Program-made: the position numbers and the translations under genes | Source: Eledone cirrhosa | Taxonomy: Eukaryota | Reading direction: 5' to 3' | NCBI GenBank assembly: GCA_964016885.1 | Contig: OZ024742.1 | Coordinates: 90,768,001 to 90,832,000 of the forward strand | DNA: 64,000 bases | In this document: one piece after another, positions 30,330-49,244 of the stretch | Layout of the letters: each line of letters begins with the position of its first letter | Numbering within the stretch: position 1 is the stretch's first letter | Notes under the pieces: generated by a model | Told to the model about the DNA's origin: nothing | The model's database searches: none | What the model saw: the letters and a program-made list of their open reading frames with translations, nothing else

Positions 30330-30372
30330 GTAACCTACGCGTTTCATTCTTATTAGAAATCATCAGGATTAC
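30330..30372 (-). ncRNA. Minimal type I hammerhead (inverted copy of 30619-30661)
   Basis: Reverse complement reads GUAAUC CUGAUGA UUUCUAAUAAGAAU GAAA CGCG UA GGUUAC. Confidence 0.88.
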
Positions 30373-30618
30373 ATATCCAATGCTTTTATCGATTATCAAT
30401 GCTATAGCGATTAGGTCTTCAAAATGTTTATTATAAACATACAGAATATTTTCGAATATTCTATGTTTGTCTTCACATATATATCGCTATTTCAGAGCAT
30501 TAAATCCAAATTCTAATTTCTGCCGGACCGGCTACCGCTCTTTCAAACCAGTTCCTGTACACAGCTAAGTATTCTATAAGTCTCTAGCTGTGTCGTTCTC
30601 GATAAAAGCATGGGATAT

Positions 30619-30661
30619 GTAATCCTGATGATTTCTAATAAGAATGAAACGCGTAGGTTAC
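30619..30661 (+). ncRNA. Minimal type I hammerhead ribozyme with palindromic loop III
   Basis: GUAAUC CUGAUGA UUUCU AAUA AGAAU GAAA CGCG UA GGUUAC. Helix I is extended by UUCUCGAUAAAAGCA/UGCUUUUAUCGAGAA (30596-30682). Confidence 0.9.
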
Positions 30662-30826
30662 TTCCGTTGCTTTTATCGAGAATCTCAAATTGTAATACGT
30701 GACGTATTCTATTCTATAGCGATTAGGTCTTCAAAATGTTTATTATAAACATACAGAATATTTTCGAATATTCTATGTTTGTCTTCACATATATATCGCT
30801 ATTTCAGAGCATTAAATCCAAAAATA

Positions 30827-33820
<2,994 letters not shown>

Positions 33821-34213
33821 AACATATATATATATATCATATTCAAAACAACAAACAGCGAAGGACGCGTTCCGGACTTGTCCGACAGACAACCTTTTCC
33901 CCCACCCCGGAAAAAACCCCAGTTGATGGATGTGAATCCAAAATATATAGGGACTATTACATCTCTCCCATGGTAACTCTCTCTTGTGTTGTTATTTTTA
34001 TTTCATCCTTTATACTCTTCCCTTCATTCTACACATCTCACACATCTTATACACACCACGCATCTCAACGTACACCCACTTACATCTCTCTCTCCACCAC
34101 CGGACCTTGTTACCCGGAGATTTACCCATTTGCATTGTTGAGGCTTCCAAACGACTTAAAGATATTTACATATATACATATATATATATACATATATACA
34201 TATATATATATAT

Positions 34214-34286
<73 letters not shown>

Positions 34287-34331
34287 GAAAATAAAACAAA
34301 GAAGCCTTCAATAGATCAAAAGTCTTTATTA

Positions 34332-34369
34332 GCCAACAATGTTTCGTCCTATTAAGGACTCATCGGGGC
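34332..34369 (-). ncRNA. Hammerhead motif at the 3' terminus of the PLE (U4C variant)
   Basis: Minus strand: GCC CCGAUGA GUCC UUAAUA GGAC GAAA CAUUG UU GGC. Confidence 0.75.
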
Positions 34370-35128
34370 AATTAAAACTTCAAGAAGCACTATCGGCCAC
34401 TACAAGCCGAAAACTCCGAAGAATATGGAGTGTACATACACTAAAGTATTGGAAGATTATGGGTAAAAATATACAATAAAAATCACTAAGTAGGTGGATA
34501 ACATTTTGAACCATATTACAAATATAGTCCAAAGCAAAAAAACTAGAGCTAAACAAAGGTGGTTATATAGAGCGGGAATTATAGTACTATATGTAATACA
34601 ATATAATATAATATAATATACTTGTAACAATATTAAATTAAAATTAAAAGGCACAATATACATATGTATATATACACACACACGTCCGCACATATACATA
34701 TACATCAATACACATTTCCATCATTAACAGCACAAATTAAACCTTATTAAGAGTTTAAATATAAATAGGCATAATAGGAATAAAAATAAAAATACAAGAT
34801 AATACGTATATATAATATACAGTATAACATGAAGTAATGAAATGATTAAAAGTAAAACATATAATATATAATAAACTATATAATTATATAATATATAATA
34901 TAATATAATAGATAATCTCCGGTTAATTTACACAAACAATATAGATGTTACAATAACACTATAATAATAATATAATAATATATAATGGCATGTAAGTTAA
35001 CAAATCAATTCATATAGAGTTACTGAGCAGGTGAGAAAAAAATATATTGTACAATACCAAAATCAAAATTATGATGGTACAAAAATATAAACATCTTACG
35101 GAATATATAAAATATAACATATCATAAT

Positions 35129-35315
35129 TGTTTCTACTTTTGGCACAAGGCCAGTAATTACCCAGTGCGTTACTGGTACTTTATTTTATCGACCCCGTAA
35201 GGATGAAAGGCAAAGTTTACCTCGGTGGGATTTGAACTCAGACGATAAAGGACTGTAACTCTATGCTGCAAAGCATGGTGTCCAACTCTCTACCGATACT
35301 GCCAATCTAACACCC
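35129..35315 (-). mobile_element. SINE inserted into the PLE 3' region with a 16-bp target-site duplication
   Basis: TATAACATATCATAAT at 35113-35128 and 35316-35331 flanks the SINE. Confidence 0.9.
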
Positions 35316-38041
35316 TATAACATATCATAATGGTATATAAAATCATCTGTAAGTTACAAAGATCAATATTACGTTTACAAAGAGTTGAATAACAATTTCA
35401 ATATAAAATAATGAACATAATATAATATATAATTACTTATAATTACAAGGTTGGTAAACAGACACATATGTGAATGAGTGAATAAGGGCCAGACAGTAAA
35501 TATTATGCACAGTAGTATTAATAAATAAATAAATAAAATCGACCGGAAATCAAAAAAAAAAAAAAAAAAAATTTTACTTAGGTCTCACATGCAGTTAAGT
35601 AAAAACTTAGGAAACAACCCGGATAAATGACTAGAAAACCCTATTTGATAAATTAATATTGAAACTATTTAAAATACTTAATAAGGCAATACAATATTAG
35701 CTATGGTTTAAGTAATCAAAATTCCTAAACATTAAGATATCAACTATAAAAATATATATAAAGGAATGAAATATTCTACTATCATTTACATAACGTTATC
35801 TAATAAACTGACTTAAGCAGAATTATGGTAGGCTAATGTGGACAGAAAAAAGAAATGTATGGAGGATACAAAGGAGCATAAAATCATAATCAATATACTA
35901 TATTATATAATAGAAAGGAGCATACAAAAGGGGATTAAATATAATCATAATATATTTGAAGGGGTTAGCAATAAGTTTATGTGTGCATGGGGGGGGGGGG
36001 TTGTCATCTAAAGAAGAATCCAAATAAAATAAAATAATATAAAATATATAATCAGATATATACTCATAAGGTGTTAATAGTGAAAATTTAATGTGTAAGA
36101 AGATAGATATGGTATATTAGCCAAAAGATTATGAGAGCTAGAATAAAAAGTTGTCAAAAACCAATGATAATAATGATGATAATAATGGTGGTAAACAAAA
36201 TGAACCTAAACAAAATATATCAGCTAATGGATACAATTTACACTACTAGAACCTTTAGGTTTATAAGAAAAGTAAGAATTAGAAATAGCGTGGGGGCAAG
36301 AAGAGAATATCTCAGACTTTCTATTAAGTAAGGATTCACTAGAGAAAATTATAGAGTGTGTCTCAAGGATACAGAGATTACAAAATTTAGTATGTGTAGA
36401 AAGGTTATTAGAGCGTGCTACTAAACGCCAATTAAGGCTATATGGTATATTAGCCCCCTTAAGATCCCAGATATAGTGTGCTAAAGAAGTAGAATTCTTA
36501 AACTTAACATGTTTGAAATTAGAGATATGAGAATTAAACCTAGTCTTAAAAGTGTTAGATGTAGAGCCTATATATGTTCTATTAGAGGAATTAGTTATAA
36601 CTACGCAAGCATAAACTATGTTCTTAGAGAGGCAGTTACCGTTTAAAGGGCAGTTAGCACTCACTCTACAGTTACACTTCCGGGTGCTATTGATTGGCTG
36701 AAGTAGTGATGCATTATGCGTAGGATTAGTATTAGATAAGGTCTGCTCTGGTGGTAAGGCATTTGCAGATCTGTTCTGACTAGTAGTATGTAGAGAGGAG
36801 TATCCATCCCTAATTTTCCTATTGTTAGTGCTAGCTAAATGAGAACTAATATTAGGGGTGGTAGAGAATGAAAGTTTAATTACATTTTTATTAAAAATAC
36901 TATGGTATTTATGAGAAGGGGGGGGGGATTTTTCTCTAAGATAGAAAAGAAAGACCTAGGGATATTAGTTAATACTTCCTGATTATATGGCGGGTTAAAA
37001 TAAGTATTTAGTCTCCTATTTTTATCCTTTCCGACTCTACCATTATCCAATATCCCATCATTAAGACCAGGGTTACTACAAGGATTAGTTAAAACCACAT
37101 TATTAGAATCAGCCGAAATTCCATTAAGTCTCTTTCTGTTTCTACCCTTAGTATATCTGCTGCTGTCTGGAATCCTATCAAAAGGATTAGGGCCAATAAT
37201 AGGATCAGTAGAAACAACATTATTAGAATTAGATCTAGCAAAATCATCACCAATGAGTGAGCGCTCAGAGGGTTCGACATGATTCCTAGAGGTATTAGAT
37301 TCCCTATTACGAGTCCGGTGGGTTAACTTATTGATGGGTTCAGATACACCTATGTAATTTCTACGATTATTATGCTTCCTACTCCCATTCATGGCCATAT
37401 TATGGGATATTATGTTATTATTATTATAAGTAAGCGGAGACTTTCTAAGGTTACTATTATTATAATGTATTTTACCAGAGTAACCGGAATTAGCTAGGGC
37501 ATTATTATAGTACTCTGCATGGTCATTAAATGTTCCTACGCCCTTAGAGAGTGTGGAAATCCTATTAGATACACCCTTAATTATAGAGCTTATCATAGAT
37601 TTGGGGTGGTTAGAATTGGGACTAACATAAGAAAGTATTTCATTAGGCTTATGGAAGGGTTTAAAACTATTAGTGACCAAGTCCAAAGTCACATCTAAAA
37701 AGTTGACCGCTCTATCGTTTCTATCTATCGTGATCGAAAGGTTATAGCTTTTAAAAAACTTATAAAGCTTCTTATTATGCTCGACATTGTTGGTGCTAGA
37801 GTTAATCACAAACAATGCATCATCACGATATAGTCCGCCTTTAAGGTGCGGAAAAGTAACATATAGTTCATTTAGGAGGAACAACCCAACAAGATCAGTT
37901 ACCTGGGCCGAATCACTCGAACCCATTGTAACGTCGAAATTGTTGGGCGTGTTTTTACGGGTCCAAAATGTGTCCTCAAAATTAATGATAGTTCTACGGG
38001 CTGCTAGTATGATATCTACCTGTGATCGTGTAAGGCTGGAT

Positions 38042-39452
<1,411 letters not shown>

Positions 39453-41467
39453 GATAAAACATACACGCCTTTTTTATATTATAAATAACAAAAAGTTTGT
39501 TCCAGATTCCGTATATTGCGGTCATATTTGGTGAATGCAGAGGGCGATTCGTAAAAACAAACAAGAAAGAAATAAAAAAAAATATATATAACAATCACTG
39601 TCCAGAGACATCTGATTGCTCAACGACCTCCTTCTGCTATGAAGGTGAGAGATATTTGAGACTGGAGATTATTTTCAGAGTACGTTTGAGGGGTCAATGG
39701 CTTCAAAGAGTCTTTCTATAATTTCGAGCAAGTATTACGTTTCCGGCGATAGAATGCAAGTAAGTTCCCAACGACAAGTGTCAACAAGTTTCTTTTCTCT
39801 GTCGTCACTAATTCAGTTCCCTTTATAAAATTGATCAGATATCAAGAAGGGTTTTAATATACAATTGTTCATAAACCCACCTCCCCTCATATAGTTGGGT
39901 ATGGAATACATCGTGACCCTCTCATCTGTTCCTTTGACACTGTGTATCGAGGTTTCTGTTATCCAATGCGTCCCTTTATTGCCAAGTGTTATTTAGGGAT
40001 ATTTGGCTGCTATTTCTCACAGTTTTAGTGACCACCTATACTATCCCTCATCGGCTCATCATCTAGATATAATATTTTCCTGGATTAAGTAGGTTGCTTT
40101 TTTTAACTCCAAATCGTCTTGATCGAACAAATTCGTGTAAAAGGAGGAAAATGATTTTGTAACATTTCCTAATTGTTGTTCTTCGTGTTAGCCCCAAATA
40201 AGAACTAAATGGATATATCTATGACTAAAATTCTTCGGCTATATATATCCCAACTTTTATGTAAATTACAGTGGTACATTCATTATAAGTAGCATCTTCT
40301 GCAACTCTAACTATTCTTGTCCCGTATTGGAAATCAATTATCATTTCCTGCAGTTTTTTCAGATGGCTTTAACGAGTATCTGGTGCGATTTTAATTAATT
40401 TGAGAAGATAATATTCTCGAATAAATTGGTGACTTTTTCTTTGCTAGAGTGAAAAAATGCTTTCTTTTAGCAAACTGTTTCTGTTTCCATATATGGAAAA
40501 CTCTACTAAAACTCTACTAAAAATTGTGACTTCGTCAGAAAAAATTTTAATTGTATGTGTAAATTCATTTCTTAAAATACTTTTTGTAAAATTCTGCTAC
40601 AAGGAAATGATGCGTAATTCCTATCATATAGATTGACAGTTTTCTAAACTTAAACCCCTTTCTTCTAACGCTCATTTATTTTGATTAGGAATTCTCAATA
40701 AGGTAGTTTAAAGGGATGTCTAATTTTTTTTTTCCATTTTTTTTCATTTCGAAAAGAACATATCGTTACTTTCTGGGATATTGACAATAGTTTATGTTCT
40801 TTGAGATATTATCGGTATATTTAATATCCATCTAAATATCGGAAATATTACATATGTTAATTATATTAATGGATTATATATTACTGTATTCATTTTCGTC
40901 TGAATATATACTGCCATGTTTCTTGCAGTGTAGCAATTTGTGATTACTTCTATAATTTTTGTTTAAAGACTAAAGGAAATATATGTGGTACTTTAAATAT
41001 ATTTATATTAGGAAAATAGCAATATTTGTCATCTGTAGTATTTTCATTGCAAACGCCATTATCTTTCCCATTCCACTCTTAATTGCAGTTAATCTGGAGA
41101 ATGATTAGTGAAGTTTTCAGATACCAATAAATATAATAAAATATATTATGATATAATATAATATATTATGATATATTATAATATATATATAATATAATAT
41201 AATATATTATAATATAATATAATATAATATATCATACAGGGGATTGCATGCGCTGAAGGACCTATTTAGCAGCAGTATCAGTCATTTGCAGTAAATAGGA
41301 GCCATGCTTGGAGGCAGTCAGCTTTCCTTCTTGGATAACATGGAAGGCGGAGAAAGGGGAGAATGGTATGCATCGGGCAAATGTTCGTCTTTCATAAGAA
41401 CAATTTGTCCGGAATTGTGCTTCAGAGATGTACCTTTTCCTCTCTCTCTTTCTTTCTCTCGCCTGCG

Positions 41468-41616
<149 letters not shown>

Positions 41617-41644
41617 CATATATATATATATTATATATATATAT

Positions 41645-41675
<31 letters not shown>

Positions 41676-41698
41676 TATATATATACACACACACACAT

Positions 41699-41731
<33 letters not shown>

Positions 41732-42309
41732 CATACATGTGTGTGTGTGTGCGCGCGCGCGCGTCCTGTTTTTGCTAATGTTTATCTTTACTGGTGTAAC
41801 ATGTCGGCGTTGTAGGCAAGAAGTAGTTGGTGAGATATATAGTTAAAAAGATCAGAAAGTATTCATATTTACTACTCTGTCTCTATTAGTGTGCCCTCTC
41901 CCTCTCTTTTCCCTCTCCCCCTCTCTCTCTCTCTCTCCCTCTTTATATATATATATACCCTATGTCTATTATTTCTGTCTCATTGCTATTTTTATTTACC
42001 CCCACACCCCTACCACCATCAACCCCACCACCTGTAAGTCACCAGTTTCTTGTATGATCTCTTTATTAGCTCCTTGTCTATTGTTATGCAGTTACGTCAC
42101 CTTTCTGTACAAGTGAATGATAATGATTGATTACTATGACAAACAATTTCACTGAGTGACCGACTAAACCAAACTAAATCAGCTCTCACACTGATCTCAC
42201 TCCTAAAGACGAAGGTGATCCAATCCATTCAAAAGTTTTTTAATCCACTTTACATTGTTCTAGTCAGTCCTTTATTTGACTTATCAAATTATGTCTTATA
42301 AGCACCATC

Positions 42310-42386
<77 letters not shown>

Positions 42387-42589
42387 CCTCGCTTACACTA
42401 TATGTACACTCACTCATGTCCAACGGACTCCTCTGAATTGAACAGCTGTGTTTTCTCAAGATGAAACGGCCAAAGTTCAGAAAAAAAACAGCAACAGATG
42501 CAAGAAAAACAACAATCCTTCACGGGAAAAGTATGAACCTAGCTTTCCGCTTTAAAAATTATTGAAAAATAGCAGACATCATGAAACTG

Positions 42590-43060
42590 CCTGGCTCTTA
42601 CAATGTGCTGGATGACCGGCAATATGTCTTTCAGTGCTCCTACTTTTGATGGGAGTTCAAGATATTGACTAAGGGGATAGCAACGAGGTTGCCGCTTGTC
42701 AAAAATCTGGTAGGTGAAGTGCAAGCGTGAGCAATCCCGGCCAGGTCTATACATGACAACTTCCACCTCTTGCAATATATCAGAGAGGCTTTAATGAGTA
42801 AAACCATCCCCAGCATCGTGGGACACTGGGCGGACGGACAGGTCAAGTTTCTCGGAGTCTGGTTCGGTCTAGACCTCCAAGTGGATAGGAATTGTTCATT
42901 TTTATCTTGAAATGGGCTGAAAGGAAGCTATCTTTAAATGTCAGACACAAATGACGGACGCGTACATCGCTTCCGTCATCTATTACCGCTGACCGTTGTG
43001 ATTTGCCCTGGTCAGCATCTTACCAAACTGAAGCGCCTGCGCTTCACCTTTTTGTGAACA
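42590..43060 (+). pseudogene. Decayed L1-Tx1 ORF2 fragments
   Basis: EFKILTKGIATRL..LVGEVQA*AIPARSIHDNFHL and VGHWADGQVKFLGVWFG, homologous to 50400-51330 on the minus strand. Confidence 0.75.
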
Positions 43061-43896
43061 GCAAGTACCCCAACCACAAGTGGAAGCAACAAAAGCAAAA
43101 AGAATAACAACGACAATAACGGAGACAGAAAGGCTTCCAGGACCATCACCAAAACCATAACAGATAACAGTGATAACAATGATATAAACAAAACTGAGAA
43201 CTCAACCATAAAAACCACCACCATTCACAGCAGCCCTTTAACTACAGGTGAAAGCATGGACACTGCCACCAACTCCTTCTAAGGAAGGAGTCTTTATTTG
43301 ATCTCTCAAAATCTCCCTTCAATTAAAGTGTAGTTGCTGGGTATATTTTGTAAGTATAAGCTAGAATCACTTTGATCATAGACCTGGGGTTAAACAACTG
43401 CAACAACATCAAGAAAAGTAAAACAATAGCGTTAACAATATAAACTCCCGTAAATACAGACAAGAGTGGGAAATAATTTAAGGTGTAGTGAACAATACGA
43501 TTACAGGTCGGTGAAAGTTAAACATAAAAAACAAGTCGTAAATGAGTCATAACGGTGGCTTGACCTGCTACAAACATTCTAAAGATACATTGGATAATGT
43601 GGGCCATGACAAACACTATCTGAAGACAGAATGTGGGAGTGTCACGGCTGAAATGTCTTTCATCATACGTATACTTGATCTGTGTGACCGTCTAATATTA
43701 TGGTCGTTTGCGTTGGGATGTACAAGTTTTCAAATTATAAATATAAATGATAAGAGACTCTCGGGAGAGCTAAAGCGCAAAAGTTCTTCAGAGAAGAAAC
43801 CCCCGTCAACGAAGTGTTTCAACCCTTAACATCTAACACTAAGAAGGCCAGGCCGCAGGTCCTACATATGTGTACGTACGTACGTACATACACATA

Positions 43897-43955
43897 CAGG
43901 GTGTCCACTATTAGAAGGCTGTTGAAGTGTGTATACATTTTTTGTAGACACCCTG
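43897..43955. mobile_element. 59-bp Tc1/mariner-type mini element
   Basis: TA|CAGGGTGTC...GACACCCTG|TA terminal inverted repeats with TA duplication. Confidence 0.6.
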
Positions 43956-43973
43956 TATATACTGTGTGTATAC

Positions 43974-45302
<1,329 letters not shown>

Positions 45303-45480
45303 TGATATAATATATATACCATATATATATATATATACCATATATATATGTGTGTGTGTGTGCGTTGAAGTTTCCGTTGAAAAAGTCAGAGGAATGAAGA
45401 GTGCTCTATGTAAGTTACAGAGTTAAATATATATATATATGTGCGTGTGTGTGTGTGTGTATACATACATATATATATTA

Positions 45481-46684
45481 CAGGGGAAAATGCGGGCGCA
45501 TGTAAAGAAATATTCTTAAATTAATAAACCTAGAAAAGTAAAGGACAAGTTATTATACCTGGAAAAGTAAAGGACAAGAAAACTTCTTCTTAAAACTTCT
45601 TAAAATATTGCAGCTATAGTATAAATTTGAATAATAAAAAATATTTGATTTAAATATACATAGAAAGTGATAAATTCTAATAATACAGTTGCATCTCTAA
45701 TTGATAATAATACTAATTTATGATCATTTATTTAATTTTGTGATCCTAATTTACACCATAGTGGTTGGGTCATTAAATAAATATACTTTATTTTACTTTA
45801 CTAAATGGGACTGAAAAAATGAGTGACAATTATAAACATCAAATAAAACAAAATTTTGGCGCGTAAATGACACTAACAATTAATTAAGAATTAATTAGGG
45901 AGCCAACTGTAATGATAAATAATAACAAATTATAATTGTTTAATAATGAAATTTAAGACCTGTCAGAGATCAAAATAACCAATCTACATTTTTAGGTAGA
46001 GTAAAATTAGACTACAATTAAAAATTAAACATTGTCTAATTCAACAGTTCATCTAATGAATTGATGAATTCACTATAATTGATTGATTCACTATAAATGA
46101 ATAATTGATGAATTGACTTTTACCTAATTTTGCCCCTTGAGATGTTGAATTTTACTATATTATAAAAAAATCTGTAATACTCATAAAAAGTGCAATTATA
46201 TGATGCACTGTTTTTGATTTATTTTACTGCATTATTTTATAACTAAATTTTTTAAAATATAATTTTATTAAGAGTGAAAATTTTTAAATATCTTATAACA
46301 TAAATTAATAAATTGTACATATTAATTATTATTATTATTAATTAATTATTGTACAAATTATTGTACAAATTTTATTTTAAAAAGATTAATTTGTATACAC
46401 CAAGAAAAAAATTAAGTATACAGTAGTCAACTCTCCCTATAAGACAGTCATTTTTCCAGTCCTTTAAAGTGATATTTTTTTAACAATTAACTTATAATTA
46501 TTTATTTTTAGTTTTATAATTTAAATATTTTTTTTCAAATTTAGACTTTAGCTGCAATATTTTAAGAATTTTTAAGAAGAAGTTTTCTTGTCCTTTACTT
46601 TTCCAGGTGTAATAACTTGTCCTTTACTTTTCTAGGTTTATTAATTTAAGAATATTTCTTTACATGCGCCCGCATTTTTCCCTG
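45481..46684. mobile_element. Non-autonomous Tc1/mariner-like DNA transposon (MITE) with ~135-bp TIRs
   Basis: TA|CAGGGGAAAATGCGGGCGCATG... and ...CATGCGCCCGCATTTTTCCCTG|TA. The TIRs contain a duplicated GAAAAGTAAAGGACAAG, and the interior is AT-rich and non-coding. Confidence 0.85.
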
Positions 46685-46795
46685 TAATCCACTTTTTTTC
46701 CAGGCAATGCAAGGATATTATATTAATATTAATAAAATATTTATCAACAAATAAGTTAAATAATAATAAATAGGAAGAAGTGCAGATAGGAAAAG

Positions 46796-46868
46796 TAATC
46801 AGGGTGGGAATCGAACCCACGCCCTTCAGATTGCCGGTCCGCTGCTCTACCGACTAAGCTACCTGACC
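46796..46868 (-). pseudogene. tRNA-like sequence (tRNA pseudogene or SINE head), loop CCGGCAA
   Basis: GGTCAGG TAGCTTAGTCGGTAGAGC A GCGGA CCGGCAA TCTGA AGGGC GTGGG TTCGATT CCCAC CCTGATT forms a cloverleaf with A and B boxes, but has C33 instead of U33 and a weak anticodon stem. Confidence 0.7.
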
Positions 46869-47319
46869 ACAATTCGCTATTGCGCAATCTATCACTATTT
46901 TAATGTATTAAAAATTAGAAACAAACTAAGCGTGACTTATGTATGTAGTTCCTTACACTCTTTTGGTCCTCACTTATTTTTATGTAACTTTTTTTCTACT
47001 GAACCAAATTTCAATATTTTTCTGTCAAAATGTAGGTTATCTGTGGTCCTATTAAGTGAAAAAAACCGCATCCAATTCTATCAAAAATTGAATCAGTGAC
47101 AAAGCTTTGAAGGTGTCGCGAGTGACCGAAATGGGACCTTAAGAATATTATACACCTACTACCGTAGGTGTATGATATATATATATATATATAATGCGAT
47201 GAAATACCAATGACGGTTGGCAAATCACTGATGAGGGACTAATTTTATAATATGTAACCCATGTGCAACCACGCAGTATCCTTCTTCCCATATTTTTCAT
47301 ATATATATATATATATATG

Positions 47320-47411
<92 letters not shown>

Positions 47412-47690
47412 CATGATAATATAATACATTTTGAAATAACAAAGAAAGGAAACTGGAGATGTGAGGAAATTTTTACTGTTATTACTGCTGTTCTAAAGGT
47501 GTCGAAGTAACAAGAGAAATGATAGTAAAGAGATTGTTACGGTTTATGATCATGTCTTCTGTAGTTAGATAGATTCAACGTAGTTTGATGATAGCTCATA
47601 AACAGCAAGAGGATCGGGGTTAAAATATTTATATATACTTGTATGTGTGAGAAAGAAAAAGAAAGAAAGGATTAAGCAAGAATATAATGT

Positions 47691-47740
<50 letters not shown>

Positions 47741-47934
47741 ACAACACTATGTTGCTGCTTATTCGTTTCTTTCTTTGGCTTCCTCAGGCACACACACACA
47801 GACACACAGACACACAAACACACACATATAAATATGTGTGTGTATATATATGCGTGTGTATGTATGGAACTATATGAGAGAGGGAGAAAGAGAGAGGCTG
47901 ATGCTAGATATACATAGTAACTGGACGTTACAAT

Positions 47935-48019
<85 letters not shown>

Positions 48020-48029
48020 TTTGTGTGTG

Positions 48030-49124
48030 TTTCTTTATTAGCCACAGGGGCACAAAAGAAGGGGACAAATACAAAGGGGGAAGTTTACATACAATAAAAC
48101 CGTGTTAAATATTATCACAAATGCAATTGAAAAGTTAATCGATTTTCCCCAACAGGAGGAGACATTTCATATGAGTAACACATACCCCCGAAAAAATGTG
48201 CAACCCTCATCTCCAGGAGTACGAAGAGTTTGTACCCCCTTCCTCTCTTCCTCCTTTTCCTCAACCTACAGGCTGATATAGAGAGAAGGCCCATTCACTC
48301 GGGTCATTCTCTCCACTTTCACCCACCTTCCATAAAACTTGCTGGCGTACATCCTGATTCTTCTTCCAAAGTGGTATTTAAAAAAAAGAATCAGTTGTTG
48401 GCCGGAGAGAAAGGTGTCTGACCTCAGCCCTTTTAACCTCGTCCACCATACGACCTCTTTCGCCATAGCTATCACACAAAGGAAAACCGCCTCTCCTTCC
48501 TTTTTGACAATGGACTCGGTGGTCAACCGGATTGGTCCCAGCCGCAACAATAGTCGTTCTACATAGCCCCACAGGTCGGTAACGCCCGGGCAGTGTATGA
48601 ATGCGTGCTCGACGGTTTCTTAGTCTCGCACGCATTTCGGACAGATCTTTTTCGAAGGGTCCCTGCTTGGGCGCCCATGTCTGTAGAGCTTGTCTCGAAC
48701 CGGTAGAGCTCCTCGGTAGCACTGCCAGGTCAGGGACGTTTTGAAGTTGTCCATCGGTCCCGGGCGGAAGATCCTACCGAACAGACTGGCCAGTTCGTCT
48801 TCCTCTACGCCCAGAGCTTCTCCGAGCGCGTCGTCGCACTTGCTGCGGATCATCCCTCTATAGAATGACGAAGTGGAGTCTCCACTGATCGCCGGGTCCG
48901 CCTGCCAGAGGGCTGTGAGCGCCTGGGCACATTCGATGTGCCAGTCGCCCATTTTCCTCGGCCTTTGCTTGACCTAGAATTGCAGCTCGGTCAGCGAGAC
49001 GAGTCGTGGGAAGGCTCGCCTCACGAACGGGGCCCACACCGGTTGCCCGGTGAGGAATACGTAGAGATTCCGCAGCCTGAGCGCGTGTTTGCGCATCGTC
49101 AGCCACGGCATCCCAAGCCCGCCG

Positions 49125-49125
<1 letters not shown>
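48030..49125 (-). mobile_element. 5'-truncated L1-Tx1 LINE (3' 1.1 kb, zinc-finger region)
   Basis: GLGMPWL..., LTWQCYRGALPVRDKLYRHG..CPKC. Parallels 49245-50350. The 3' end AATAAAGAAA runs into a CA/TG repeat. Confidence 0.85.
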
Positions 49126-49175
<50 letters not shown>

Positions 49176-49244
49176 ATAAATAAATAAATAAATAGATGTA
49201 TCTATCTAACTATCTATCAGATAGTTAGATAGATACATAGAAAT

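Larger units (their letters stand above)
30200..30822 (+). mobile_element. Retrozyme-like element: 312-bp monomer in partial tandem plus an inverted 5' copy
   Basis: CTATAGCGATTAGGTCTTC...TAAATCCAAA occurs at 30402 and 30714. 30200-30391 is an inverted copy of about 30599-30790. No ORF; flanked by TA tracts. Confidence 0.85.
34285..38041 (-). mobile_element. 5'-truncated Penelope-like element (YRDD-type RT plus GIY-YIG) with a long AT-rich 3' region ending in TA
   Basis: ORF 36880-38100: FDVTMGS.DSAQVTDLVGLFLL..GLYRDDAL..VNFLDVTLDL..FKPFHKPN..SNHP..YFNPPY. ORF 36224-36664: CPLNGNCL..IVYAC..YIGST..FKTRFNSH..TSLAHYIWDLK..CNLCILE..LLNRKSE. There is a frameshift at the poly-G near 36920. Confidence 0.9.

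Noticed and set aside
46796-46868. Functional tRNA-Ala(GGC) gene
   Set aside because: C33 in place of U33, a mismatched anticodon stem, two terminal GU pairs and an anticodon unusual for eukaryotes; kept only as tRNA-like.
47228-47262. CTGATGA GGG..CCC motif
   Set aside because: No following GAAA or cleavage site.
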